A stretch of 63,164 nucleotides of DNA, filler included, from Octopus bimaculoides (lineage: Eukaryota): assembly GCF_001194135.2 (NCBI RefSeq). It is 4 parts of 4 records of this genome, joined end to end, with 100 filler letters (N's around TTAATTAATTAA, not from the genome) between each part and the next. Parts side by side here need not be neighbours in the genome. Positions count along the whole stretch, not along the records: positions 1 to 23,794 come from NC_068988.1; 3 more parts are not named here. One strand, 5' to 3'. Positions 1-12,956 of this stretch are shown here, piece after piece. The notes under the pieces are model-generated. The model did not search any database. It was not told the origin of the DNA and saw nothing but the letters and a program-made list of their open reading frames with translations. Both the position numbers and the translations under genes were made by a program. Each line of letters begins with the position of its first letter. The stretch's first letter is position 1.

Positions 1-49
<49 letters not shown>

Positions 50-62
50 TTGTATATATATG
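1..62. repeat. (TA)n microsatellite
   Basis: Pure TA dinucleotide run grading into TATG. Confidence 0.95.
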
Positions 63-719
63 TATATGTATTTATTATGGTAGTTTTGATTTTAAGAGTC
101 CCTCATAGCATGAGGCATTTACGTGTAGTAATATTGATAAATTCTTATAAAGATTTTATCCTATTTTAATTTATTGTGTCCCTGTCATTTTTTCTTGCTC
201 CTCCTTATTTCTTCTGTCACTCTGGCTCTACCTCTCTCTCTTCTCTTCCAATGTGACTGGTGTCTTGTGCTAGCATTTGCATTCTTCTCGTCCAATGGGG
301 TGAAGACTCTGTTCCTTTGTGGGACCATTGTCACAGAGGGGCTTCTGGTTACTGCTTCCTTAGCTTCCCTATCCTTATCAGACTGGTCATTCACAGGGGT
401 GGGAGATCCATTCTTTTGAGGAACCACTGGATCAAAGAGACTTCTGGTTTTTACTTTGTTTTCCCTATTCCTTATCAGCCATGCCACAGTAGTTTTCCAT
501 GATGACATCAAGAGTGTCAATGTGTGGTCTGATAAGGGCATAGGATTGCAAGAATTCATTTTTCTTCTGCTCTATCTGATCAATGGTTCTACTGAAACCA
601 TTGTTCTACAGTGAAGCAGTGATGATGTTGTTTGGCAGATCGCCGCTAGCAATCGTCCATGCTCACAACAGAAGATTCAATTCTTTGCTCTCCCACTTTG
701 GTGCCATCTTCGTTTTCTA

Positions 720-1205
720 AGCCTAGAAAGGATAGAAAGGAAGCGAGAGAGACAGAGTGAGGTAGAGAAGAAGAAAGACAGAGGAAGGGACAGGGAAAGA
801 GAGAGGGAGATATGAAGAGAGTGGGTGATATGAAGAAAAAGAAAGGGCGTGTGGGGTGATAGTGAGACAAGGAGGGAGAGGAGGGGAAGAGAAAGAGAGA
901 CAGAGTGAGGGGTAAGAGAAAGAGAAGAGGGGGAAAATGAGAAGTATATGAGGGAGAGAGTGAGGTGGCAGGGTGAGAGGTAGATGTAGATATAGACAAA
1001 GGAAGGGAAAGAGAAATGAGAAAAGGAGGGAGAGAGATGAGAAAAAGAGGAAGATATGGGAGAGAGGTAAGTGTAAAGAGAGATAAAGTTAGGGAGAGAG
1101 AAATGGGAAAGGGAAGATATGTATGGTGAGGATAGAGGAAGAGGTAGGTATGAAAGAGAGAGGGGGAGCAGGTAACAAAGATATGAAGGAAAAAGAAAAA
1201 CAAAA
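720..1205 (+). repeat. Purine-rich (GA/GGA) low-complexity tract
   Basis: About 480 nt that is mostly A/G on the + strand. It generates the spurious S/L/F/P-rich minus-strand ORFs. Confidence 0.9.
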
Positions 1206-2125
1206 GGTGTAAATCTAGATGGGTGCTGTAAAAAAATAGTGAAAAGAAAGGGGTTTCGTAATGAGTTCGTTACCGTAAATTTTTCAAATAGAATGTAAAA
1301 TGAAGAGGTCGCTGTAAGAAAATTTGAATGAGAAACTATAGTGATGGTGAGAAAATTTTGCGTAACGAATTCGATACTGTAAATTCTCAGAATGTACACG
1401 AGCAATGAGTCTTAACTCAAATTTTCATCTGGTATTACGAAAGATAAAAGAAAATAAACAAAATGCGTAGGATACTTATTCCCAAGAGGTAAAATTCCAA
1501 TCCTTGTTCTTGTATGAAGAAGTTTTGTTTCAAAAAATTTTTTCTTCTTACATGTGGCCACAAATGAAAGTACGATTTATCGCCACATGCTTTCTTCGAG
1601 GATGACTCTGGCTTGTGTCACTGATTTTAATGTAGTATATTAAACTTTTAGTGTAACATATTACCTTTTTTTACCGATATATTATAGTGGACCGTTATGA
1701 AATAACAAGTACTATGTTCTTTTTGTCAGTTTTAAAAGATTTTTTCATTGATTTAGGGAATCCCTCTTGGTTATTTCAGGAGCGCATGGGTTGGGAGTTT
1801 GATCGGCAGAGGTGATCAGGTTACAAATGCCAGCCCTTTGAAAGCACCATCCCCCATCATCTAACCCCTCTTTGCCCATGGGTTGGGAACCCTTCCAGCA
1901 AGGAAAATAGAATGCCCAAAAGGGTTCCCGATTCTCTGTGTCAGAAGCGGTTATGTTCAGATCACAACTAAGTCTTAAGTATATGTATGTATNNNNNNNN
2001 NNCATACATATTTTTTGTACGCATACATGTTCGTATGTGTGTGTGTGGTGTTGCCCATATATCAACAAAACACTTTTTTCCTCGATGGAAAAAAAACAAC
2101 AAAAGTCTTAAAAACTTGCTCGTCA

Positions 2126-2385
2126 CTAGAAGGGGGCTTAACTCCTGTTGTAAACAATGGTGGTTTTCTCCGACTTGAAAATTGTTAGAAGTTTTGGTTG
2201 AAAATTTATTTTTACTGCTATTCGCTGGTGCGTCTGGGAAAAATAAGTTGACGAAAATGCAGCTAAGGTCATGACGAATGTCCCCCTAAAATTGGAGCGA
2301 CATGCATGCTAATTTGTGGATGTGCATAAATTACATTCATGTAAACACACACACACACACACATCCTGCCTTTTATATATACAGA
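2126..2385 (-). mobile_element. Non-autonomous Helitron-like element
   Basis: The minus strand starts A|TCTGTATATATAAAAGGC followed by (GT)n and ends ...GGAGTTAAGCCCCCTTCTAG|T. This gives 5'-TC, 3'-CTAG, an A/T insertion site and a degenerate subterminal palindrome. Confidence 0.55.
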
Positions 2386-3440
2386 TATATAAGGGTGAGG
2401 TTTGTCGGAATGAAGTGGTCAGTAATAATTAACAATAATGAAATTGGTTAAGTTTGACGCAATCCTAATCTGTCCTGTCTCTAAAATTGTTTTTGTGACA
2501 CCCATTTCTGCTTTCTGAAATATTTTGGAGTTTTTATATATTTTTATAGTTTTTAAAAAATATTTTTTTACTGTTACATGTATTTGCTTCCTCTTTTGTA
2601 TTTTTGTGGGTTTTATGTTATCTGATATCCTTTATATTCCTTTACTATGGGTATCTCTGAAATCTAAAAGGATACGTTTTGTACAAGAAAAATTTTACTA
2701 TCCTGTCAATATATGCAAAATGGAGTTGATGAAACTTTATGTGACGGAGTTAAATATTTAATGCCTATAAAATGCTCTGATGATTAGCTCTATTAACTGC
2801 TTTGATATGTTACTATACGAATATATGTGTGCACTTATATATATATATATATATATGTATGTAAAGCATTGTAAAGTGTATATAATTAGTATGCAACTTA
2901 TAACTAGTGTTAATGTAATTAAATAGTGTTTATGAAACATCTGTAAGCATACATAATATTTTTTACCTCTTCTGAATTTTAATTATTATACATTGCATAG
3001 TGAATCCTGGGTTTTCAGGAGCAAGGTGACAAATTGCATCCTAAACTTTACTATGTTACCTGATAGCCAGACTTCCTGAGGAGTGCTTACTGTGAGTTCT
3101 ATTTGATTCTTCTCTGAACCCCTATTTCTATTTGTGTGTAAGTATGTGTGTGTGTGTATACATATTATATGACACATATCCACCATCATCACTCTCACTC
3201 TCTCCATTTCTATGTTTCTCTCCCTTCTCCAACTGAGGTTCCTTGTATCTCCTTTAGAGCAAGACACCTTTCTCTATCTTTCTATTATTCTTTTAACTGC
3301 TCATTAACTTACACTTCCTCTGTACTATTCCCCACTCTCATGAACTGGCACAAAAACACCTTTCTCAATACTACTCCTCAGTTGAGGGGTCTTTGCCTTG
3401 CAAGTTACTGAACGACCCTGCTGATTCTGGTGCTACAAAG

Positions 3441-3760
3441 AAAGCACCCAGTACACTCTGTAATGGTTGACATTTGAAACAGCATCCAGTTACAAAAACC
3501 ATGCGAAAACAGATAATAGAGCTTGACACAGCCCTCTGGCTTGCCAGCTCTTGTCACTGTCCAACTCATGCCAGCATGGAGAACAGACATTAAAGGATGA
3601 TCATGTCATGATGTGTATACACACACATACACACACAAATATCCTCATCGTTTAACATCCTGCTTCCATGCTGGTATGTGTTGGGCAGTTTGATGCCAGC
3701 CACTTTGTAAAGTGTTCTGGATGCATTTTATATGGCATCAGCACTGGCAAGCTCACCTGG
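3441..3760. mobile_element. Two oppositely oriented copies of interspersed repeat family C (CATCAT...TTTAA...CCATGCTGGCATGGGTTGG)
   Basis: Minus copy at about 3441-3613 and plus copy from about 3643, separated by a CA-rich spacer. The same family occurs at 14730, 18498, 47995 and 50058. Confidence 0.75.
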
Positions 3761-5371
3761 TAACTTACAAGATAACGAATCCTTGACTGGGAGGGGAAGT
3801 AGTATTGATGAAGGTGGCTTTGTGCCAGATGATGAGAGGTTAAAAGAATAATAGAAGAAAAACATGAGTCTTGCTGTAAAAGAGAAGCAAGGGTACCTCA
3901 GTTTAAAAAGAAAAGAAAGAGAAACTTAGAGAGAGATGGTGGTGGAAATGTATCAGGGCATACCCTCAAGATACAGCTAGTGGTGAATATAGGTGAAATG
4001 ATACAGAGGATTAAGCTTGGTGATTTGGCAGGAAGATAAAGGAGGAAGTTTCATAAGAATGTGAGGAGAAATGGTTCAGGATGGATTAGCAGTGACTNNN
4101 NNNNNNNNNNNNNNNNNNNNNNNNNNNNNNNNNNNNNNNNNNNNNNNNNNNNNNNNNNNNNNNNNNNNNNNNNNNNNNNNNNNNNNNNNNNNNNNNNNNN
4201 NNNNNNNNNNNNNNNNNNNNNNNNNNNNNNNNNNNNNNNGAAGTTTCATAAGAATGTGAGGAGAAATGGTTCAGGATGGATTAGCAGTGACTGTAGTAAG
4301 TGATGGTGAGAGATATAGGAGTAGCTCAAGAGGGGAGGTTATAGTAGATATGGGAGTGATAGTAGAAATGAGAAGTGTTAAGGATGGAGTGTAGCAGAAG
4401 GGGGAGAGCAGTGGCTGAAGATATAGGAAAGAGGTGATTGGTGGAAAGAGTCAGCAGGGAAGATAATGATAAATGGAAATGATTGTGGCATAAGGAACAG
4501 GAAGGTAATCAAGAGGAGGGGATGTTGTATGTGTCTGTTCTTCTTTTAGGTGATTATAGTACCCAAATAATACCATAGATAGAGAAGTGATGAGTGTTAG
4601 GGAATGAGAAGTGGGAGAGATGCTTGATGAAGCAGAGAGAATTGGGTAGAGATGGTTTCAAATATATATCATCACCTTCTTCATACACTATGATTGTCTC
4701 CCACTCTCCTTCCCTGTCCTCACTTCCCTGCTCACTGTATTGCTGCTTTCTCCCACCCCATCTTTATACCCAGGTTTTTGCCAGTCACTGCAATCCCCAC
4801 TCCCTACTCGTGCCTTGGCAATACTTGGTCACGTATATTATGACCTCTACACCTAGAGGGCATACCCTGGCAATTGTCACCATTTATCTCTCTTCCTTAC
4901 TCTACTATCATATCTGTACTCCGATCCTTGTTACTTGTGAGTGTACCCTGGCACCTCACCACCATCTCTCTCCTGCTCTCTCTTGCATGTTTGCTGTTTC
5001 CCACTCTTTCCCTTGCTCTTCCCTCTGGCTGGATAGCCATGTATATCCTTTACAGCAGCACACCTGTTTCTGCCCTCATTCTTGATCACTCACTCCCCTC
5101 CTCTTTCTTCCCTCTCACTCTTCCCCTCTCTCTTCCCCCCTCACTTTCTCTTCTCTCTCTCTCTCTCACGCACACAAACAACTCGAGAAATGGTTCTGGC
5201 AAACTGATAAGTGACCATTGATGAGGTGGCACATTCTCTGCAAATTAGTTGTGGTTCTGCATATGAAATCATCAACTACAAGCTATGCTTCTGTAAATTC
5301 TGTGTGAGATGGGTGCCAAGAGAGGTTACTGATGAACTTAAGTGCTATTTTGTTGATATTATTCTGCCTAT

Positions 5372-5663
5372 GAGCATATGGCGTAGTGGTTAAGAGCACG
5401 GGTTACTAACCCCAAGATTCCGAGTTCGATTCCAAGCAGTAACTTGAATAATAATAATAATAATAATAACAATAATAATAATAACAACAACATCGAAAAT
5501 ACCTTAGGAATGAGAACCCAGGTTCTAAATTTCCCCAAGACACCTGAAGAAGGCTGGAGGGTATATCAGCCGAAACGTTGGGTTAACAACAAACAAGATG
5601 AGGACAAATATCTGTCGAATGTAAATAATGTAGATAATTCTTCATCTCTTAAATATAGAACTA
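5372..5663 (+). mobile_element. tRNA-derived SINE (family E): Pol III head + (AAT)n + hammerhead-bearing tail
   Basis: A-box TGGCGTAGTGG (5379-5389), B-box GAGTTCGATTCC (5422-5433), (AAT/AAC)n at about 5447-5492 and a hammerhead-like motif at 5539-5584. Inserted within the mariner ORF. Confidence 0.8.
5539..5584 (+). ncRNA. Minimal type I hammerhead ribozyme motif
   Basis: gacac-CTGAAGA-a-GGCTG(10 nt loop)CAGCC-GAAAC-GTT-gggtt. Intact catalytic core, 5-bp helix II, palindromic helix III (AACGTT), GUU cleavage triplet at 5577-5579, and helix I with 4 of 5 pairs. Confidence 0.7.
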
Positions 5664-6330
5664 TATGAAGTGTTATTGTGTATTGTGTGGAGATGAAGGC
5701 AAAGCTACAACGATGAAGGCAAAGCTCTTTTGGAGTGGGTCCATCACTTTGAGCCAAAATCCCAAAAGTACAGTACAGAGTGGGAACACCCAGAATTGCC
5801 AGCATAAAAGAAATTCAAGACTCAACTTTCTGTGAAAAAGTGATGCTAACCATTTTGGGAAATGCAAAAGGACCTATACTGGACATTATCTGGAAAAGGG
5901 CTCTACAGTCACCAGTGTAGGCTGAAGTGAAATGCTGACTAACAAATTGAATCCAGCAATTTGCACCAAATGCTGAGATCTTTTGTTAAATAAAGTTTTA
6001 TTGTTGCACACCAATGCATGCCCACATTCAGCCACCTACACCATTGAAGCCATTGAAAATTGAGTTTTGAGTTGCTGCAACACCTTGTGTACAGTGCAGA
6101 TCCCACACCTTCTGACTTACTTTATCACTTTTTTGGACTACTCATATATCCTTTATAAGTTCATCAATTTGTTATGGATAAAGAAATGCACTAAACAGTG
6201 CATAAGCAACTGCATGACCCGCTGGAAACTTTCTTCTCTGATAGAATAAGCAAGCTTGTGGACTGCTGGAAGAAGTGCAATGAGACTATTTCAAAAAATG
6301 ATGTAATTGTTCAACTCCTATATCTATGAG

Positions 6331-6458
6331 AGGCTTCTTTCAGTTTCCATCTACCAAATCTCACAAGGCTTTGGTCGACCTGAGGTTATAGTAGAAGACA
6401 CTTGCCCAAGGTACCATGCATTGGGAAACAAACTTCTTACCACACAGCCATGCCTATG
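6331..6458 (-). mobile_element. SINE family A, 5' portion
   Basis: Reverse complement of GGCATGGCTGTGTGGTAAG...CCTTGGGCAAGTGTCTTCTACTAT...GAAACTGAAAGAAGCC, followed by (CA)n. Confidence 0.85.
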
Positions 6459-6469
6459 CCTATATATGC

Positions 6470-6530
<61 letters not shown>

Positions 6531-6555
6531 AAGCTCAGCTGAAAAGTTCATAGGC

Positions 6556-6845
6556 CCAGGTGGCTGCTGGAAGACCCTATGTCTGGCAACAGGATTCTGC
6601 ACCACGCCACACAAGCAGGAGAACTCAGTCATGGCTGTCAGACAATTTCTGCAACCACTAGACTGTAACCCCCTTGTTTATTACGTGTGGAGCGCAGTTG
6701 AATGAGAGACCAACAAAACTCCTTGTAACACCAAAAATGGACTGAAAGCAAGGATTATGGCAGCATTGATCAACTTAAGCAAGGAGACTGTCCAGAAGAG
6801 GTGAATTTTAGGGTGATTGGAAAGTGTGTTGATGTAATTTTAGTT
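6556..6845 (+). mobile_element. maT/DD37D-type Tc1-mariner transposase C-terminal fragment
   Basis: VAAGRPYVWQQDSAPRHTSRRTQSWLSDNF...DCNPLVYYVWSAVE*ETNK (QQDSAPxH and SPDxNPLDYxVW motifs), with an internal deletion. Confidence 0.8.
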
Positions 6846-7469
6846 TGTGAAATAGATATAAAAGACTAATATTCAATTCTAATGCATCAACTAGTGTAAG
6901 ATTGTTCTCTATTGAAAACAAAAGACCAAAATTCTTTAAAATTTTTCTTAATTTCTTCTAATCCTTTCTATTTCTATGTTACTGCTGTTGCTAATTGACA
7001 AAAGTGCATCATCCCTATGAAAACCACCTGAAAGAGTCAGAAAATCCTTAGGTAGACAAGGCAAAATGGTTAGGGTTAAATGCCCACCAGATTCTTTACC
7101 TGTGCCAAGTTACTAAACCCCATAGAAATATTAAAGTCATTGATTCAATTTCTTCTAGTTCACAGTTTACCATCAAATTCAATCATAGCCTCCTAGCATT
7201 AAGAATCATGTCTACTTTCCTAGATAGCACAGAATTCTTCATAGCATGAATGATTTGTTCAGTAGTATAGAAGAGATACGAAAATAATAACTATGTCAAC
7301 TTGTATGAATTTACCCTTAATGTTTATCCTGAATACTTTTGAGCTATTCAATGATATTCAGATTGGAAGCAATATTAGTCCACAGGTGGAATTTAAGTTC
7401 TTCAACAATATTAGCTCACAGGTGGAATTTAAGTTTGGAATAAATAGTAGGGATTATATTTTCAAGTAT

Positions 7470-7790
7470 CTTTTAACTTATTTTCCTTATGTCAAACTTT
7501 GAGTGGCAGGTAAGTCTTACAGAGGGATCATCAATAAAATTACTCTTAAGATCCTTAAGGTAAATTTTAGGAGTTGTTGGTTGTAATGGTTCTGTTCTGT
7601 CGTCAAGTTTAACATCATAAGTGATCTTACAGCCATCCAGGTTAATTTGGTTTAGGGTTGTTCTTGATGTGATTTTATAGTCCTTATGTAGTTCTTTCAA
7701 AATAAAATTGTTGAGGTTATCAATTTTGTCAAACATTCCTGGAGGATTGTTTAAGATCACTGATTAAATTACTAAATTTCTTCAAATGTG
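7470..7790 (-). mobile_element. Penelope-like retroelement RT N-terminal fragment
   Basis: ORF 7473-7760 ends IYLKDLKSNFIDDPSVRLTCHSKFDIRKIS, resembling the PLE motif ITLKDHKxNFxxxPxxRLIxPxKSEIGKIS. Confidence 0.65.
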
Positions 7791-7909
7791 TGTTGTGCCT
7801 GAACAGATTTAAAAAAAACTTTATGATCACTTGTATAAATTTGTTTTTTCTGTTGCGTGTATGTACAAAGTTTAATTCTATACCTCTCAGTTAGTATGTA
7901 TTATTTGGC

Positions 7910-7954
<45 letters not shown>

Positions 7955-8189
7955 ATGATGACAGCCATATTGTTTATTACAGAAAATTAGCTGCCCATTA
8001 AAAAGTTCTCTTAGCTGTAAAATCTAACACCTGATAGGGAAATGGCCTTCTGACCACTTCCCTTCTCGTGCATTCATATATTAATTTAGTTGACTTTGCA
8101 GTTTTGATGTTTGATTGGTTGCAAGCTTTAATATTTCTGTTCCACTTGTAAAATCTCTTTCCTTTCAATTTGTTTATTAATGTCTTTAA

Positions 8190-8381
8190 CCCTTTAGCAT
8201 TCAAATTACTTGTCAAATGTGATGCTTATTTATTCTCATTGTTTTGAATTAATCATGCATTATTTCATAGCTTCAAGATTTCAATGCTGTAGGGTAGGTG
8301 TGAGAGACTGGATGTAGGTTATTTGAACATAAAACAGATAAAATATTTGGGCCTGATATGGCTGATTTAAATGCTAAAGGG
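8190..8381. mobile_element. piggyBac-type MITE
   Basis: TTAA at 8186-8189 and 8382-8385. TIRs CCCTTTAGCATT(C/T)AAAT, 16/17 identical. Confidence 0.88.
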
Positions 8382-8609
8382 TTAAATCCCCTTTGCATTC
8401 AATTTGTTTATTAAGATATTTATTGTCATAGACTGATATGTTAAACAACAGCTGAATATCATCTGTAGAAATGGTGTAGTTTTACAACAATGTGGATTTA
8501 TGTAATGTCTTGTAATATGTTATGTAATGTATTTTGCATTGGTAATATATAACCCTGCTACTAAAATGCATGTAGTGATGTTTTGAGCTATCTATTCCTT
8601 TTGTTTACA

Positions 8610-8654
<45 letters not shown>

Positions 8655-8974
8655 TTGTGTGTGTATATGTATATCTATATTTATGTATCTATGTATGTGT
8701 ATATATGAAGTGAGATTACTAGTAATCACATAAAACCACAGGTTTTACATCAGAGTGCCCTTCTAGAAGGATTCTGTGACAACAGCTTGGAGTTCTTTAC
8801 TCCTGGTGATTTTATTGGCACCCTGACACTAACCAAGAGTATTTCTGCATCCCTGTGCACAGACGGATTGTCATCCTAAATAGTAAACCCATAGCTGGGA
8901 CTCTGACAGGTGCTACAACTCCATATCTTCCTGGGTTTCCCTCTTCCACAAGTTCCATTCACTTTAAGTAATCA

Positions 8975-9409
8975 GGACTGGCATAGTCATGGTTCTGTAG
9001 TAAAAAGTTTGCTTCCAAACCATATGGTTCTGGGTTCAGTCCCATCTTGGACAAGTGTCTTCTACAGTCCTGGGACAAGCAAAACCCTCTGAGTGGATTT
9101 TGTAGATGGAAACTAAAATGAGTCTGTCTCACACACACACATGCACGCACGCACACACACACAAACACACACACACATTTGTATATATTTGTGTGTGAGT
9201 TTTTCATCCCCTACCACCACTTGACAAGCAGTGTTGGTTTGTTTGCATTCCATAAGTTAGCAGTTTGCAATCAAAGACCAATACAATAAGTAATAAGTTT
9301 TTAAAACAAGTACTGGGGTCAATTTGATTGTCTAAACTGTTCAAGGTTGTGCCTCAGCATGGCTGGAGTCTAATGACTGAAACAAGTAAAAGGTAAAAAA
9401 ATAAAAGAT
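8975..9409 (+). mobile_element. SINE family A, near full length, diverged
   Basis: tRNA-like head (GGGTTCAGTCCC B-box region), internal CA/GT microsatellite and tail ...CAGCATGGC...AATGACTGAAACAAGTAAAAG. Confidence 0.85.
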
Positions 9410-9652
<243 letters not shown>

Positions 9653-9654
9653 TA

Positions 9655-10884
9655 TGAGGGATGTTCATTAAAGACTGGGGATAAACAAAACTTGGCATAA
9701 TTATTAGTCCTTCACTCCAGTGGTGACACACTTCCCCCATCGCTTTATGCAGCTGTGAAGACCTCATCTGTAGAAGTCGATAGGTTGTGTTTGGAGCCAA
9801 GACTTACCTCAGAACTAAGTTCATCATCATCTGAAAAGTGTTTCCCTTTCAAAAAAGACTTCATGGTTGGAAAGAGGTGAAAGTCGGATGGTGTGATGAC
9901 AAGAGTGCAAGGGGGATAAAGAAGGATTTCAAAGCCGCAAGATTGTGGCTTCATCTGGGCAACATGTGCATTGTGAACTGGGATATTATCTTGGAGGAGG
10001 CAGGCTCATTTGGTCAGCATGCCATGCATCTCTGCTTTGATGGTGTCCCACAATTTCTGCAGAGAAGCATAATATACCTCATTAATAGTGGTGCCGCTTG
10101 CTAGAAGATCTATCATTACTACTGTGCGCTGGCCCCAAAATGTTGTGAGTATCAACTTGCCTACTGAGGGTTGGACATGAGCCTTCTTTGGAGGTGGTGA
10201 GTTATCTTGCTTCGATTGGTCTCAGGATCATAGTGATGTTTCATCTTGTGTGATAAGTCTGCTGAAAAAGTTCTTGTTTTCTTGGCACATTGCCAAAAGA
10301 GCCTGGGAGCAATCAACTCATTCCTGCTTCTGAAAAGGTGTGAGCATTTGGGGAATCCATCATGCAGACAACTTCCACATGTGCAAATTGTTGTGGATGA
10401 TCTTTTTCCATGGATCCTACACTTATCTTCACTTTTTGGGCTCACTACCAAATAGTTATGTGGCAATCCTCCAAAATGGCAACTTCCACTTTATGGATGG
10501 TGTCATCATCAGTGGCAGAATGTGGACATCCAAGAATAGGAGCAGTTTCCATCTAGTGTCTGACTACATTTGAACTAGTGTTGCTGGTGCTGGACTAAGT
10601 CGTATGATGGTGCATCATCACCATAAACTTCTTTCATCTCATCAAAAGTCTCGTTTAGTGTACAAGCTTTTTAGTATAAGAACCTGATTACTGATCTGCA
10701 TTCAACTGCCTCCAATATAACACCTTCATCCACTTCAACAGCTAAAGACAAATGAATACTAGTGGAAAGCTGCAATTTACAATGTGACGTGCAGAGACAT
10801 GTATGATTATACCTGTACAAGTTCCGTTTCCTGCAATAACCGGAAGTGGGTCAGGGGAAAATCTTTAATGAACTCTGCTCTCTG
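9655..10884 (-). mobile_element. Full-length decayed mariner element (~1.23 kb)
   Basis: TA then the left TIR TGAGGGATGTTCATTAAAGACT, with a matching inverted copy AATCTTTAATGAACTCTGCTC at about 10860-10880. Minus-strand motifs HHYDPETNR and YPPCTLVITPSDFHLFPTMKSFLKGKHFSDDDEL. Confidence 0.9.
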
Positions 10885-11349
10885 TATATATAATGTTCTT
10901 AGCTAAATTCTTCTCTTGCAGTTGCTTGACTGAAAATAGCATCACTGGTGCTTCTCCCTGGGACAAAGCCAAACTGCATTTCGTCTAATCAAATTCTGTT
11001 CCTAATTAATTGGGCTTTAACTCCCACTGCAACTTGCATCACATGGTCCTGCAGTTTGATGCCTCTATAATAATTACTTCTATCTAAGGTATCTTTCTTG
11101 CCCTTGTAGCAGCTGACTATAATGCTGCTATATCAGTCATTAGGGATTACACCTATGCATCTCAGCAGTCACTAGGGATTACACCTTCCTGAATAACCTA
11201 ATTGACTAGACTGCATCGAATACCACTAGATATGTTATGCATCTCAGCAGTGACTTCTGATGAGTCAAGGGCCTTCCCTGTCTTCATATTTTTAATTGTC
11301 TTATCTATCATGCTGCTGTCAACTTGGATAGCTGGTCCCTCTGTTGGAT

Positions 11350-12640
11350 TCATGTGAGGGAGACTCTCTTTCTCCTATTCATTCTCTAGATTTAATAGCC
11401 TTTCATAGTATATTTTCCATGTTTCTTTTTAGGATCACTAAGAGCAAATGTACTATTATCTGTCCATACACACTTCTCTCCCACAACATCTTGATTCTCT
11501 CGAACACACTGTCTGGCAATCCAGAACACCTCAAGTCTCTGATCTTCATGCTGTAAGACATAGGCAAACCTCTTCCTTTCTGCTTCTCTTTTAGCTATCT
11601 GATATGGTTCTTTGCTACCCCCCCCCCCACTCTTCTTCTCTTTGCAAGCCTGTCTTTTCTCTTTTAAAGCCCTGTCAACCTGACTGTTCCACTACCATGT
11701 CACCCTTGGTCTCAAGGAACCTTTGCTCCAACCACAGATTTGGTTTGTTGCCCTCAATAGATTGTCCTATAAGAACTTCCAGTTGTTTTCTATGTCTGAT
11801 GTTTCCATCTCTTCCTCCTTCTCATCAAAGGCTTCATTAAGAACTTCTCTAAATCTCTGCCCATTTGAAGGATCCTTGAGCTTCCGTAACCTCCTTTTCC
11901 ACTTTGGTTTGTGTCTCAGGATCCTTCGAGTCTTAAGTCCGAAGTCACTAACCTCTAAGCTATGTTGAATTGCACATTCTTCTCTTGGAAAAGACTTTGC
12001 ATTCATGAGCATATCCCTGTTCCTGGTTCTGGTGAGGATGTAGTCAATCTAGCTAGTGTGCCCGGCAGGTTGATAAGTGATCATTGAAGTCTCTTGCCAT
12101 AATGAGAATGTCATTGTCTTTCGTCATCAAGGTAGTCTGCAGAAGGAATTCATAGAAATGGTCCTTCTGAATATCTGTGAGCCCAACTTGCAGAGCATAT
12201 ACAGAGATGCATTACACTGTTACATTAAACAGGACTAATCTTAGCTTTGTAGTCCTAGCACAGATTCTGATTGCCCCAATCACCTTATCCACTCATTTCT
12301 CTACCAAAAGAATATCTACGCTACCTAACCCATCATTGCTGTCCACTCAAAAAATTTGTATCTATATCTCTTACCTGCAAGCAGTCTAGCTGAGGCTTCT
12401 CTCCATTTTACCTCTTGCACACAGCACACCACTGCTCAAGCATTTCAACAATCTCATCAGACCTACTTTTCATTGTACCAATGTTGATTGTGGAAGCTCT
12501 GAGCTTGTGAACCTGGGAAACCTAGGAGTAGAATTGTGGAGATGTTTCCTGCATCTGGAAAGATCTTTGTAGTTGCTTGCCTGAAGGTAGTGGGCCCTTG
12601 GGCTTATTGTAAGAAGTTACAGGTTGCAGCATGAATTACA
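11350..12640 (-). mobile_element. RTE-clade LINE fragment (APE C-terminus and linker)
   Basis: ...IDYILTRTRNRDMLMNAKSFPREEC.IQH.LEVSDF...KWKRRLRKLKDPSNGQRFREVL...ENNWKFL*DNLLRATNQICGW..VTWW, with stops and frameshifts. Confidence 0.8.
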
Positions 12641-12956
12641 ATTTCCCTTCAATCCTGTAAAGCCTTTGTGGGTACATGACTGCTATGGGGAGAAAGCAGA
12701 TAAGGGTGAAGAAGGGGAGGGAGAAGTTTTCAATATTATTATTATTATTGCTATTATTATTAAGGCAATGATTAGTTTTTGGCAATGCAGAAGTAGCAGC
12801 AGACACCATGATAATATAGACTAAATCATCATCAGCATCACATTGTAGTCAATATACATAAACATACACATGTATACTTAGCACGTACATGAACAATGCA
12901 TTACACATAGAAACATGCTTGTGGGGCCCACAGGCTTCTTATATACATTACATATA

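Larger units (their letters stand above)
5205..6310 (+). mobile_element. Decayed mariner (DD34D) transposase, interrupted by a SINE at 5372-5663
   Basis: VTIDEVAHSLQISCGSAYEII...RWVPREVT (HTH + WVPREL motif), then after the SINE WVHHFEPKS, KKVML, LLLHTNACPH and YSADPTPSD (YSPDLAPSD-like). Contains many stops and frameshifts. Confidence 0.88.

Noticed and set aside
185-559. 124-aa minus-strand ORF with ordinary-looking composition
   Set aside because: I recognise no motif or supporting splice signals. It may be a repeat fragment, so it is not called.
646-1405. Long minus-strand ORFs (185 and 242 aa)
   Set aside because: They are translations of a purine-rich low-complexity tract (S/L/F/P-rich) with no domain and no splice context.
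4045-4292. 53-nt direct repeat (4045-4097 and 4240-4292) flanking a gap
   Set aside because: Most likely overlapping contig ends duplicated across a gap. It cannot be distinguished from a true tandem repeat without reads.
5372-5445. Possible tRNA gene (apparent ACT anticodon)
   Set aside because: There is no acceptor-stem pairing or T-run terminator, and it continues into a repeat body. It is a SINE head.
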